From the NCBI GenBank assembly GCA_964106915.2, contig OZ066914.1: a stretch of 64,000 bases of DNA; one strand, given 5' to 3'. A model generated the notes under the pieces. It ran no database searches and had not been told where the DNA came from. It was given only the letters and a program-made list of their open reading frames with translations. This document shows, piece by piece, positions 51,901-64,000 of the stretch. A program made the position numbers and the translations under genes. The stretch's first letter is position 1, and each line of letters opens with the position of its first letter. This DNA comes from Podarcis gaigeae. Its lineage: Eukaryota.

Positions 51901-53861
51901 TCCCATGACAAGCCTACATCCAGGCATCTCCACCCTTTCCTTGTTTTACCCTCTTTTGCCTATATTTGATTCCTCTTTCGGAGGGTGGCCTGTTCTCTTC
52001 CTAGGAAATGGACAGGCACTCTTCAAGCGAAAAGAGGCTCCAGAAGCACTTAGGCATAAGTGTGGGTAATTTTGGATCTGAGCCACGGCAAGGAAACAAA
52101 CAAGCAAACAAGTAACCATAACAACCACCTCATTTGTGTTGTTTGACATATGTTGCATCATTCATTTCTACAGGCGATGAAAATGTTTTAGGAACATCAT
52201 TGCTAACTGTACCTTGAGCTCTTTCCTTATGATGATTTACCCAAGCTCACAGCATATATTCAAAGTGGGGGGGGTGACTTTTCATTACTCTCTGTAAGAC
52301 AGCAAGAGAGTTCAATGCACAATTAATGGTGCATAATTCCGTTGTCATAGTGAGTTTTCTAGAGGACTGCAAGGCAACGACACTTCTGCGGCAAACAATT
52401 TAGATTACTTTATTTTTTTTAAAAAAATGAAGAACCATCAGAGAGATATTCTAGGAAAGTTGACATTTTTGCAGCCCTTCATAGAAAAATGTCATTGTGT
52501 TTTGATGCATCATTGAATGGCTACAGGTGTTCATCTGGGATTATCTTTAGGCATGTTCCTATTAGTGTTGGGCCAAAGGGAGCAGCCCTCTTCCTCTCAA
52601 CCCCTTTCCTGGAATTCATTATGTAGTACTGTAGCGTAATTCCAAGGAGCATTATGTCATGAGAATGCTGCCTGACATCTACAAGCAAGAAAGTCACCGC
52701 TGGCACCAGGGCAAGGCTTTTCTTAGTAGAAGAAATAAAACAGAAGACAATCCTCAGCCACATTTACAATTCTTTAAATTTGCCTATTTGTGAAATTCAC
52801 CCATTTTTATTATTCCCTGTTTCTGTATGCGGTGAATAGAACCACAAAAGTGTGCATGGGAGAGAGAGATTCAGCCTGCTTTTAATTCATTCCTTGACAA
52901 AAGCATCAGCAAGTGATGTCTTGCATGTGTCAAGGGACTATCACAGATAGGGTGCCCTACATCTCTGTACATCACCTGAAACAACCCAATGCTTTTCAAT
53001 TGAGTAATTTCACAATTCAGCTGCCAGGAATCAGGTGTAAACAAATCAAGTGATGTGCATGCATATGTGAGCCAGGCCTTAGCCATTGTTCAATTTACAC
53101 ATACACCCCATGGGAGAACCCAGGTTCCGCCTGGTGGATCCTTGCCTTCCAAGCGCATAAAGGACACTTCTCATCATAAGTTGCCCTTTCTATGTTTCTA
53201 TCCCCTCACCACCCCTTCCCTGGCTCACCACTGAAACTGCAGCCTCTGAGTTTGTTCCCAATTTCCCTTTTTTCCTGTCCCAGCTGTCTGCCTGCCTGCC
53301 TATCTGTCTCCCACCCCACCCTGCAGCCATCACTCCCTTCTCTCCACTGCTGCAGCGGCTTTGCTTTCAAAATCCTTTCCCCTATATTTGGTAAGGATGC
53401 CACAAGCCTTTTCTCCACTCTTCTTCCCCTCAGAAAACTGTCACTGTTGGGACTCAGCTATACAGCTGCAAATGAAACGTTTAAAGTGTGTTGTAAAGTG
53501 CAGTATACAACTGTGACACTAGATGACGATGGTGAGCTATGGTAAATTCAATAGTTTTCAAAACTTTTTTTTTATATATAAAAGCATTTTCACAGCATTT
53601 TTTTATATGTGTGTAGATTCCACTTTGGTTATTTCCTCCTGTGCCAAAAAAGTTGCCCTTTATGAAGCTCTGGGGGTTCCTGCTGCTGCAGCAATCCACT
53701 TCCAGCCTGGTCAAAACTGGAACACCTAGAGGCCAGCAGCAAATGCTGCGATCATTGTCTCACAGTAATCATATTTGTATTTTCTGCTTTTTTGACTTAC
53801 CCAAAAGCTGTAAGACAACCATCTATCACCATAAGGAGATAAAGACAAATGACTAGGAAGC

Positions 53862-54112
53862 ATTCTGAATGAACAATGTTGCCTTCACCTAGTGCTTAAT
53901 GGCAGGCAGGCGAAGCCATCCCGGGCAAGGAATTCCACAATGCTGGTGCCACTACTAAAAATGCACTATTCATGAAGCATATCCTTCTCTGCTGACTGAA
54001 GCATGCTGGTCGGTTCCTATGAGAGGAGGTAAACTTTCAGACATTCAGAACCTAACCTAATCTATGTTTGGCTTTAGAGTTCAAAGCCACCATCTTGTGT
54101 TGGGCCCAGAAA
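53862..54112 (-). mobile_element. L2 LINE fragment, degraded
   Basis: GGAATTCCACAATGCTGGTGCCACTACTAAAAATGC and GGCTTTAGAGTTCAAAGCCACCATCTTGTGTTGGGCCCAGAA are antisense to the L2 ORF2 C-terminus (compare 60549-60930). Confidence 0.6.
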
Positions 54113-54289
54113 CTGAAAAGGGGTGGACAATGTCAATACAGTACTACTATGACCTGAGACCAGTCTCCTGTCAATGTCCCAGCTGCTGCATGGATGACAT
54201 TGTTCAGGAACAATGGCCACTGATCATCTAATCATTCACATGTCACCATGCCCAACTACGTTGAAATCCATGTAATAAATAATTTTTAA

Positions 54290-54520
54290 AAATTATTTAT
54301 ATCCCGCCCTCCCCAGCCAAAGCCAGGCTCAGAGCGGCTAACAACGATAAAAGTAGCACAGCATTCTAAAATCAATTCATTCTAAAATCAATTCAGAATC
54401 AAATTAATGCCAACCATTGAGCCAGAGTTCTATGAGGATTACCAAAGGAGGGGGTCAGACTGTGCCTTGGCCAAAGGCTTGGTGGAACAGCTCTGTCTTG
54501 CATGCCCTGTGGAAAGATGT
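54290..54520 (-). mobile_element. L2 LINE 3' end
   Basis: TTTATATCCCGCCCTCCCCAGCC...GGCTCAGAGCGGCTAAC terminal motif, plus CCAAAGGCTTGGTGGAACAGCTCTGTCTTGCA shared with 58823-58860. Confidence 0.75.
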
Positions 54521-57500
54521 AGCTGAGATGTGTCTTATAAGGAGAGCAGAGCATTCAGAACTGATGATGTCAGCTACGTAGGGCCATCTCCCTCTTCCAA
54601 ATATCGTCCTGAGCTCCAACACAACTGCCCATCACAACAGCTATAAATTCCCCAAGAGCCACCCAAACTTCATTTGGAGACATCAGCATTTTAAGAGGCT
54701 CTTCACCCTGAAGAGCTTTAGGATTAAAGAAGAAGAAGAAACCCAAATCCTCCCAGATAGTGGTCATGACAATGGCAACACTGCTAATCTGTCATAAACA
54801 AATAGTTTTTAAAAGCCTGAGAGGAATGTCTCAAGTTTGGAGCATAAGGAGTGTGTGGAAAATAATTCCAGCTTTCTAAAACCTCCTCAGAACTGTGGGA
54901 TTTGAAACTGTTTTACAAATTGCTTCATTCTTGTAGTATAGGGTTGTCAAAAGCTTCAGTGTTGATAGTTCTCAAACTAAAACAAAAAAAACATTGGCCA
55001 TATGCCTAAGTTTCTCTGAGGGTTGATTTACTGAGAGGGGAAGAGTCAATAAAAATGAATGATTTGAGGAGGAACAATCCTGCTCTATACAACACGTATC
55101 ATGTAGGTCTTAAATGCTCTTTTCCCTAAATCTTCTTCCCTGTGTGAAAACAAACAAACAAACAAAATCCATTATGAAGTACAGACTTTTCTGTGTTCTT
55201 GACTTGATTAGGATTGCAGCCAAAACTATCCCATCCCTCCTCCTCTGGGGATGAATCAGTACATCAAGAATTCTAACTTGGAAAGCATGGCTGCTGTGAA
55301 CAATCCAGCCCTATAAAGCCAACCCCCCAGCCAGCTTTGAAGCAAATTTGGCAGAAAAGTTAAGTGAAGAGAGAGAAAGAGGTCAGGGTAAAAAAGAAGG
55401 GAATGGTGATGGGGAAATGGCTTGATAGGAGGCGTGCATAAAAATGGACTAAGGCATTGAATCCAGAGCTTGCAAAGTGGCATCGCACATGTTCAGGGAA
55501 AGGGGAGATAGCGCATGAGGATATTCATTTCCATCTCACGGCAAAAGAAGGGAGGAAAGAGCCTTTTTCATCCAAGCTGAAAAGGGATAATATGAACACA
55601 AGAATTCCCATCCCTAGAAAGCCAAAGAACATAGCCCTGCATGCCACTTGGTTTCTCTATGTACATCAGAAGCTAGTGCTTTCTGAAGCAGGAATGGCCA
55701 AATACTTGAAATGTCTGTGTGGGGGGTGGGGGTGGGATTCTTCCTTCATAAGCTACTGTGAGAGCAGAACTTGTCAGCTATGATGCCTTTGCTGCTTTGC
55801 TCCCCTCTGGGAAAGGCCAGCTCAAGGAATTGGCAGGGAAGGGCAGCTAAAAGATAGAAAATGGGACCTGGGGAGTCGCACACTACCTCCTTCCCATTCA
55901 AGCATTGTCTCAGAGGCATGTGGGGTGGCCTCTCTTCTTGCAATGAGAGCGATGCCTGCTGGGTTGAAATAACAACTTCTGAGACATTGCAGCAAGTTTG
56001 TCCTTGAATATCTGGAGATATATGGTCATATGCAGCTTAATATTTCTAGCACTTGCTTCTAGAAATCTATATATCTATTTTTGAAGTGAAAACCAGCTTT
56101 GGATAATTGGGAAGGGCAAGACTCCGGTTGTACAAAGACAAATGAGGAATCACATTAAAGTACAGAATATGTCAATATGCCAGAAAGTAATGGCATGCCA
56201 ATTTTCCCTCCCAAAATCTTATAAACCCAATAAAAGAACAGGGGGGGGGGATAAACATATGCTTTACCATTGCTTGAAAACTTTGTATCAGCTGTAAGAA
56301 TTCTAGTTTCAACTGACTGAAACATTCTTTCTCTAGCCATTGGCTCTGCTCCTTAGATGTTATGGGATGCTTATAAACAATCCAAAAGCTAATAGACAGG
56401 TTGAAGGTGAATGAATGTTTATTAGTAGGAAGAGGTGCAGAAAGTTGGGGAAGCAGCACTGTCAGTGATCAGCTGTTCATCTGAGTATCATGTGATAGGC
56501 AGTAGTGCATTGGAAGGGTATGTGAGCAGCAGAGAGATGCACATGAAAGAGAGTTGTACATGAAGGAACATGTACAAGGCTTAGAGTATGTGAGCAGTCT
56601 GAATGGGTAGACAGATGTACAAAGGCAGGTGGAACATGCGTGGACAGTGTTAGTGGATTGGCATTTATGGGACAGTGAATGGGGAAATGAACAGAGAAAG
56701 ATATATCCATCTATTGAAGTTCTCCCGTTATGTTAAATATTCTGCACAGATTTGGAGAACAGCACACAGCTCACTTTGGAATCTTCTAAGCAATAGGAAG
56801 AGGTGACACTTAGATGCTGCTGGAGAACCAAAGCATGGCAGGATCTCGATGGAATAAGAAGAAGCACCACAGGACTCTGAAGAAGATATCGAAAGCATCG
56901 TTCTTACAACAGGGATGGCAAGAACTGGACTGTCACATTTCCACAGTTTTATATTTTATTTCTCAAATCTTACCTCTCACACAATCATACTTCTGTATCA
57001 TGCATTTGCTTCACATTCCTGACCCTGCCCTTGCTTCTGAAATCAAATCTCTCTCATTCATTCTCTTGTTATTCCATCTATAATTTGTATTATAGCTGCA
57101 CAACTAATAGCCTAATCTTTCTGTGAATGTGTATTTTAGTTGATCATCCTGCGTTAATAACATTGCCAAATGTTTTATTTCCAATTAGTTAATCTCCTGC
57201 AGATACATGTAATCCTCATACTGCATTATGTCAGAAAAGAATGAAGCTGAATTTTAAAATTTAATTTAAAATATCTCTAAACCTGTTCTACATATTAATG
57301 TGTAATTTGGCATGGTCCTTGTCAAATAAGACTTTAACATTTAAAGAAAAAAAGCAAACTGATTATAAATGAATTAAAGCCTTGAGCCTGCAACTTTTTA
57401 CACAGCTCTATCCTGTGAGGTTCATGGGCTCCACCTCTAATTCAAGCAAGTGCCAAGAACACATTCATAGAATACACATTACAATATGTCCTCTGCTTGG

Positions 57501-57684
57501 CTATGTATTTGCCATTTTAAAGAGGAAAATTTAAGTTTGCCACCAAGTGCATCTTCAACAAGGAACTTCAACCAATCAGAATTTCCTGACAAGTATACCT
57601 GCATGGTACATTTATGTAAGCCTAAAGCATTTCTGCTGCAATCCTACATGTACTTATCTATCAATAGGATCCACTGGAGAACAT

Positions 57685-58020
57685 GGCCCGGTTTCCAAAT
57701 AACATTAAACCATAGTTTGTTTAACCAATTGTACTTTGAACATCTTAAGTCAATCCAGCAGTCAAACCATGGTTTGTTTTCTAGTGACAAACTATGATGT
57801 GAAGCCATGAGTTGTTGATGGGTAATGGACATGGCTTGTTTTGACTGTGGCTTGGTGTTACATCTGACATCAACAGCCTTCTTAACAATCTTTTTGTTTG
57901 GCCACTGCAGATGCTTGTCAAGCTGTAGAGGCACGAGCTGCTGGAAAACAAACACGCTTTGGAGACTTGTGACTTGTTGAACAAACCATTGTTTAAACAA
58001 ACCATGACTTGGTACATGTA
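57685..58020. mobile_element. Degraded repeat built on AAACCATGGTTT palindromes (MITE-like)
   Basis: Several AAACCAT(A/G/T)GTTT motifs (about 57707, 57764, 57983). Boundaries uncertain. Confidence 0.4.
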
Positions 58021-58531
58021 CAAAAGCAGTGGATTCTGTTTAAACATACACAGGATTGCAGCATTAATATGAAGACCCTGAGTGGTGTTAGGTATCTGCA
58101 AGTTTAGGAAAAGTACCAGTTTTCCTCTATACATATCAAACTGGAAATTGCATTATATATATAAAAAAGTATGTTCTCATCTAAGTCTCTATAAAGAGAG
58201 ATCTTCCTGCACACTGCACCTTTCATGTGGGCTACTAGATGATGAATGTAAAGATTTCGTTAGCAACAGAAATGAGATGCAGTGCTTTTAATTTGCAATG
58301 ATCTTTCAATAGTCTTCCATGTCTTTGCTAGCAGAACATCTGTGGAAGTATGCCTCTACTTTCCCAAAAGGAGAACTGATCTCATCCTAACCTGGACTTG
58401 GACCCTGAGTTCCCTTCTACCAGCAGAAGCATCCTGTTACAGGAATGCTGATCATGGAACAGTGCCTCTGCTGCGGACAGTTTTAGTACCCTCTGGAATG
58501 GGGGTGGGAGGGTACATGGGTAGGAGGAATG

Positions 58532-58533
<2 letters not shown>

Positions 58534-58574
<41 letters not shown>
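58534..58574. repeat. (TAA)n microsatellite, probably the tail of the adjacent L2
   Basis: Direct reading; abuts the 3' end of the minus-strand L2. Confidence 0.95.
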
Positions 58575-58995
58575 TTTTTATTTGTACCCTGCCTGGGCTC
58601 AGGGCAGCTTACACCATAAAACTAACACAGTATACAAAGAAAATAAGAACGTAAAAACAGGCAATTAATTAAAATACATCTTAAAGTTAGTTCAGAGCAA
58701 ATTAAAATCTGAACAGATGGCAGTCCACGGGTGAAACTGAGAGTGGTTAATACTGGTCTTATAAAGGACCTGTGAGCGAGCTAGGAGGCCTCTTTAATGC
58801 TTGTTCTTATACAGAACCCCAACCAAAGGCCTGGCAGAACAGCTCCGTCTTGCAGGCCCTGCAGAAAGATATCAAATCCCTCAGGGCCCTGGTCTCTTGA
58901 TGGAGAGCGTTCCACCAGGCCGGGGCCACGGCCAAAAAGGCCCTCTGGTTGAGGCCAGTCTAATCTCCCTGGGACCTGGGATCCTCAAGGTGTTC
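58575..58995 (-). mobile_element. L2 LINE 3' fragment
   Basis: Terminal TTTATTTGTACCCTGCC...GGGCAGCTTACA; GAGAGCGTTCCACCAGGCCGGGGCCACGGCCAAAAAGGCCCT is antisense to the RAF-x-AVAPAWWNAL motif. Confidence 0.8.
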
Positions 58996-60548
58996 CCATT
59001 CCTTTACGCCATCAGCATTCCTTGTTGGATTGCAAGCCATTCTGCCCACGGAAGGAACCTCCAATCAACTGTCTCCTCTCTTTAAACCAAATTATAAACC
59101 CACTTCTATAAATGGAGAATATTTCACTTCTATATTCTGCACAGTATCATGCTCCCTGTTGCAGCAAATAAATGTTAAATACCATTTGTTTTTGATGCTG
59201 CCGTAGTAGCTGTAGCAGGAGGAGGGCAACAGCAATAGATCCCATGAGCATTCATATATCTTTCTGTCATTAATGCCAGAACTAATGCCAGGAATTAATG
59301 CTGCTCATATTAGTACGAAGATTGCTGTTGACTTCAGTGGAATTTGACCCATAATAAGGCAATCACACTTTGCAAATAATCCAACTATTTTGCAGCATAA
59401 TATCCAGCCAACCAGAAACAGACCTACTATTAGTAACTTTGGCTTCTCTTGAGCAAAGCCTGCATCAAATTAAATGGTGGCTTTGTGAAGTACCTAAATT
59501 GACAATAGGGAATTGGTGCATGATGAAATTTACGATGATAATATATATTACAATCTGAAGTAGATTATTCAAGTTTTTCCAGGTCTGCTGATTTCCCCCC
59601 TCTCCAGTTCCCCATCTCCACTGATTTTAATGAAACTCTCTGTAGGCTACAACTACAAAGGAAAGTACACAGAAAGCAGTAATTATTTCTTAATTGCTTT
59701 TTATAAGTGAACTTATTGGACAAAACAGGGAAGAATCTTTGAGTTTATCTCATTCAATTCTCAGGTGCTTTTCAAAATTTGCAGATACTCAATAAACTGA
59801 CAGGGTTTTGTTGAAAAGGCAAAACAAAACCCACATATTCCAGTGCCATCTTTTATTCTCCTGAAATGAGTTTTAAACATGGGAGTAGCTTGAGTCTATG
59901 ATAACACTTAGAATATTTTATACAGGCAGATAGGGCGAAGTGGAACATAGCCCCATAGACGTATGAAAATCCACAGTGGCAAAATAGTACAAAAATATTA
60001 ACTAATAAATGCATCACAATAGTTCACTTGAAATAGTGACATGGCTGTTTGTTCAGTTTTTAAAACTCCTGAGTGGAATTAGGACTTTTCCGTTCTGTGC
60101 TGAATAAGAATGCAAATATTCCCTTTTGTAGCCTATGTGAAATAAGATCTAACAAGGTCACACTGTCCACCACAGCTATCTGCACAGGCTGTGTCTCTTG
60201 TTAACCAGAGACCTATTGAGTTAATAAATAGGTATGAATAGGCACTGATTCTTTCCTCTCAGGACCATTCTCACCACATTAAGGGTGTGACTGATAGCAG
60301 TATTAGGAATGGACAAATCTGTCACTTTTGGCTTCTCACTGTTCTCATTTTTCCAGTCTTAGGTCCATTTCACGCATTTTCACATCAGTTAGTGATTTTT
60401 TTTTCCTGTCAGCACAAAAATATGTATCCCATGCACATTTATCCAAATATTCACATTGTTTTTGTATGCAGTTTTGCTTAGTATGTTAACTTTTTGCAAG
60501 CAGTTTCCCCTAAGGTAATGCATTTATTTAGTTAAACATAGAGTAATG

Positions 60549-60930
60549 TTGAAGATGACTTGGAAACTTCAACTGGCCCAAAATGCAGCAGCCAAATTAC
60601 TAGCTGGGGTTCCCTTTTAGAACCCACATAACCCTTGTTTTAAAACAGCTGCACTGGCTGCCAATTCACTTCCTGGCCCAATTCAAGAAGCTCACGCTCG
60701 TCTTTAGAGCCCTAAAAGACCTACACACCAAATATCTACAAGCCCTCTTGGGTGTTAAGATCAGCAAAGAAGGGCCTCTTGGTGGTTCCATCGCCCTCAG
60801 AAGTTTGGGGTGGTAATGGTCCAGGAGAGGCCATTCTTTGCGGCAGCTGCTAAGTTGTGGAATTCCCTCCCCACAGAAGTGTGTCTGGCACGTTCATTAT
60901 TCAGTTTTCACCATATGCTGATGACACACC
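60549..60930 (+). mobile_element. L2 LINE ORF2 C-terminal remnant
   Basis: Manual translation LKMTWKLQLAQNAAAKLLAG / HITLVLKQLHWLPIHFLAQFKKLTLVFRAL (frameshifted) matches the L2 hallmark LQLVQNAAARL...HITPVL..LHWLP. Confidence 0.9.
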
Positions 60931-61172
60931 TCTTTACTCTTTACTGTAGGCAACATTTTGGATAGCCCATAGACCTAGAGGAAGGTAGAGATTGGGGTGA
61001 GTGAGGAAATAACTATTCTGTACAGAAAAACAGAGCAACAGAGTCCTCTGGTTTTGAGAGGATCCTGAGCTGACTTCAGGAAATTAGTGACAGTGTCCTT
61101 CAACTCAGGAGAAGACCCCCCCCCCAAATCAGCACAATTTGCTTCATCATTTGGCCTCCCTCTTGCATAATA

Positions 61173-61398
61173 CAGTGGTACCTCGGGTTACAGACGCTTC
61201 AGGTTACAGACTCAGCTAACCCAAAAAATAGTACCTAGGTTAAAAGCTTTGCTTCAGGATGAGAACAGAAATCGTGGAGCAGCGGTGCGGTGGCAGCAGG
61301 AGGCCCCATTAGCTAAAGTGGTGCTTCAGGTTAAGAACAGTTTCAGGTTAAGAACAGACCTCCAGAACGAATTAAGTTCTTAACCCGAGGTACCACTG
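61173..61398 (+). mobile_element. Tc1/mariner-superfamily (Tigger/pogo-like) MITE
   Basis: TIRs CAGTGGTACCTCGGGTTA/TAACCCGAGGTACCACTG; TA TSD. Confidence 0.93.
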
Positions 61399-61402
61399 TA
61401 CT

Positions 61403-61752
61403 AGAACTTATGGACATGCAATGAAGTTGAATGTTGGAAGATTAAGGATAGCAAAAAGAAAGTATTTATTCACACAGTGCATAAACTATGCAACTTGAGA
61501 GGCAGTGATGGCCACTAACTTGGATGGCTTTAAAAGAGTATTAGACAAATTCATGGAGGATATGGCTATCACTGGCTACTAGTCACAATGATTATGCTAT
61601 GTCTCCACTGTTGGAGGCAGCAATGTTGCTGGAAACCACAGGTTAAGAGAGTATCCTTGTGCTTGCAGGAATCTGGTTGACCACTGTGAGAATAGGAGGG
61701 TTGACTTGAAGGACCATTGGCCTGATCCAGCAGGTCTTCTTGTGTTCTTATG
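61403..61752 (+). mobile_element. CR1 LINE 3' end
   Basis: ATGAAGTTGAATGTTGGAAG...GGATGGCTTTAAAAGAGTATTAGACAAATTCATGGAGG...GGACCATTGGCCTGATCCAGCAGG...TGTTCTTATG tail. Confidence 0.85.
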
Positions 61753-62767
61753 CCTCCACACATAACAGATGCTACTGAACAGAAACCAGTAATTGTATAT
61801 GGCATTACTTTGTTGTGTTTCATACCACCTGGCTTCTAAAGTAACACAGGTTACTGACCCAATAGACGTTTCTTTCAGTGCATCTCAGTACACACATATG
61901 TACAACACCTTGGTTTTGACCCATGGTCTGGCTGCTGCTGTTTTATAGCGGCACCAAAGAAGAACAGAATATGAGCTCCATTATCATCCTATTTGCTGCA
62001 TTACATTGCCGCTTTGGAAATGACTCCTGAATATGTCCTCTGCTATTTCTCTAACAGAAAATGATAAGCCAATTTGTAGGCAAATCAAACCTAGATGGCA
62101 GAAGCCGTAGCCTACAGCACAGCACCGGGGTGGGGGTGGGGATTTTGGTGAACACCATTTTGTTTCATGACAGTAATTTGACATGTTGCAAGCAAAACAC
62201 ATGTGAACAGGGTCCTATTGCTTTTATGCCACAGGCACTATTTCAATATGAGCCAGCTGATATATTCTTAGCTGTTATCGCAGCTGTGGAAAAGCTTCAG
62301 AGATAGAGCTTCCTATTTCTGTTTATATGCGGCCCACAAATACAGACATTTTACTATAGAGATTTGGGAGGCTTAGCATAGCTAAACCTTAATTAGCATG
62401 CTTGCAAGCACTACACAAAATTGTTCATTCCACCAGCTAGCTCAGGGAAACAGTCCTTGCAAGGTACTTGTCTCATAGGCCAGTAGCATCTGGAGGCCGA
62501 TGGAGAAAGGGAAAATATTCCCAAGGCTACTGGACATTCTCTAAGGCTGCTAAGGAGGGATTGTTTTGCCCTAGTAATGTTGATATCTGAAACCATAGGA
62601 AAATACAAATATCATCACCTCTATTTCCAAACACAGAATAATAAAAAATGGGGGGGGGGGGCTCTGCAAAGAGAAAAGAAATGATTGTGAGTCCATAGGA
62701 CAGTGTAGCATTGGATGGGTCCATTTTCTCATTGGGGGCAAAAGTTTCAGAGAAACTATAAAGTGGG

Positions 62768-62865
62768 AGGGGAGCAACTTGGTTACCTCCAGATGTTGTG
62801 GACAACATCTCTCATCATGTCTGTGCATTGGCCATACTGGAGTCCTCAACATCTGGAGGGTACCC
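62768..62865. mobile_element. Palindromic MITE, degraded
   Basis: Arms ACCTCCAGATGTTG / CAACATCTGGAGGGT. Confidence 0.65.
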
Positions 62866-63087
62866 GTACTATAAACTCTCACAGGTATAAGAACATATAC
62901 AAGGATTTACGGTAGGTGGGCTGGGTGTATGGAACTGATTTGAGATGTTTTGCAGATTCATGGTTCTAAAAATAGGCAAGCTGATTCCAAGTAAGCAGGT
63001 CAAACATATAGGATCTCTTTGACGGCATTTGGAGATATGCAATGACTGATTTATTTTAGAGGGCTTTAATATGGAATTTAGTTAATA

Positions 63088-63305
63088 CAGTGGTACCTCG
63101 GGTTAAGAACTTAATTCGTTCTGGAGGTCCGTTCGTAACCTGAAACTGTTCTTAACCTGAAGCACCACTTTAGCTAATGTGGCCTCCCGCTGCCACCGGA
63201 GCACAATTTCTGTTCTCATCCTGAAGCAAAGTCCTTAACCCAAGGTACTATTTCTGGCTTAGCGGAGTCTGTAACCTGAAGCATATGTAACCCGAGGTAC
63301 CACTG
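63088..63305 (-). mobile_element. Tc1/mariner-superfamily (Tigger/pogo-like) MITE
   Basis: Same TIRs and TA TSD as 61173-61398; internal sequence in the opposite orientation. Confidence 0.93.
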
Positions 63306-64000
63306 TAGTATTAAGCTGGTGAAATACATTTTTGCAATAGCTTAAGAAATGGACTTCTGGATCTTTTCCACATTAAAATGTTGTTATTTATTGTTACTCA
63401 TGCAGATATCTATGCTAACAGTAACACCTTGAACTTGGGCCAGGTAGCAAATCAACAGATCTGGGAGCACAGGTGTTATAGGGAGACAATGCCTCACCCT
63501 TGTCAGCAATCGCGCTGCAGCATTCTACACTAACTGCAGCTTCTGAATTAAGCCAGAGAGAAGCCCCACATGGAGAACTAAGAATAGTAGCAGCAGCAGT
63601 AGTTGTAACAACAACAACAACAACATAGCATTTAATGAACAAAGTTTCACTAAAGCCAAAGCAAAGTGGAGAAGAATGTAAGAAATGCCCTGTCACTTCA
63701 AAGCCCTGGGCTCCTTGGGGAAGAAGGGCAGAATATAGATTCAATAAATAACAATAAAAAAGCCTGCTCACAAATTCTCTTTTACCCAACGAATATAAAT
63801 GCACAGTGCATTTTTGGAACAAATGAAGTAGAACTATAAAGAGATAGTTTCCATCCCTCGTAGCGGCACATCAGTGCTGAATTCTCACTCCAATTTTTCT
63901 GGTGATTGGACATCAAAGGACGGAGTTTGGATATTTTAAGTTGAGAAGAGGGTGGAGAGTTCTGAAGTTGAGAAACTTAATGTCACGGTAATTTAAACCA

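Overview
This is vertebrate genomic DNA: AT-rich, CpG-depleted and microsatellite-rich. The repeat families point to a squamate, most likely a lacertid lizard (inference). They include RTE/BovB 3' fragments, CR1 and L2 remnants, tRNA-derived SINEs, a MIR-like SINE, and abundant hAT-type and Tc1/mariner-type MITEs. I could not identify any intact protein-coding gene, convincing exon, RNA gene or prokaryote-type system. The only supplied ORFs with recognisable homology are retrotransposon remnants. The window reads as a large intron or gene desert: old and young transposon insertions (several nested, several with intact target-site duplications) interspersed with unique blocks resembling conserved non-coding enhancers. 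I found no well-supported novel biological system. The best leads are a cluster of nuclear-receptor half-sites (~14.2-14.7 kb), CNE-like blocks (~48.6-49.9 kb), a MITE carrying telomere-type hexamers, a MITE with a near-perfect internal hairpin, a templated-insertion repair scar, and a weakly supported degraded coding-like region at ~8.8-9.5 kb. Repeat family names come from recall of consensus features, not a database search.
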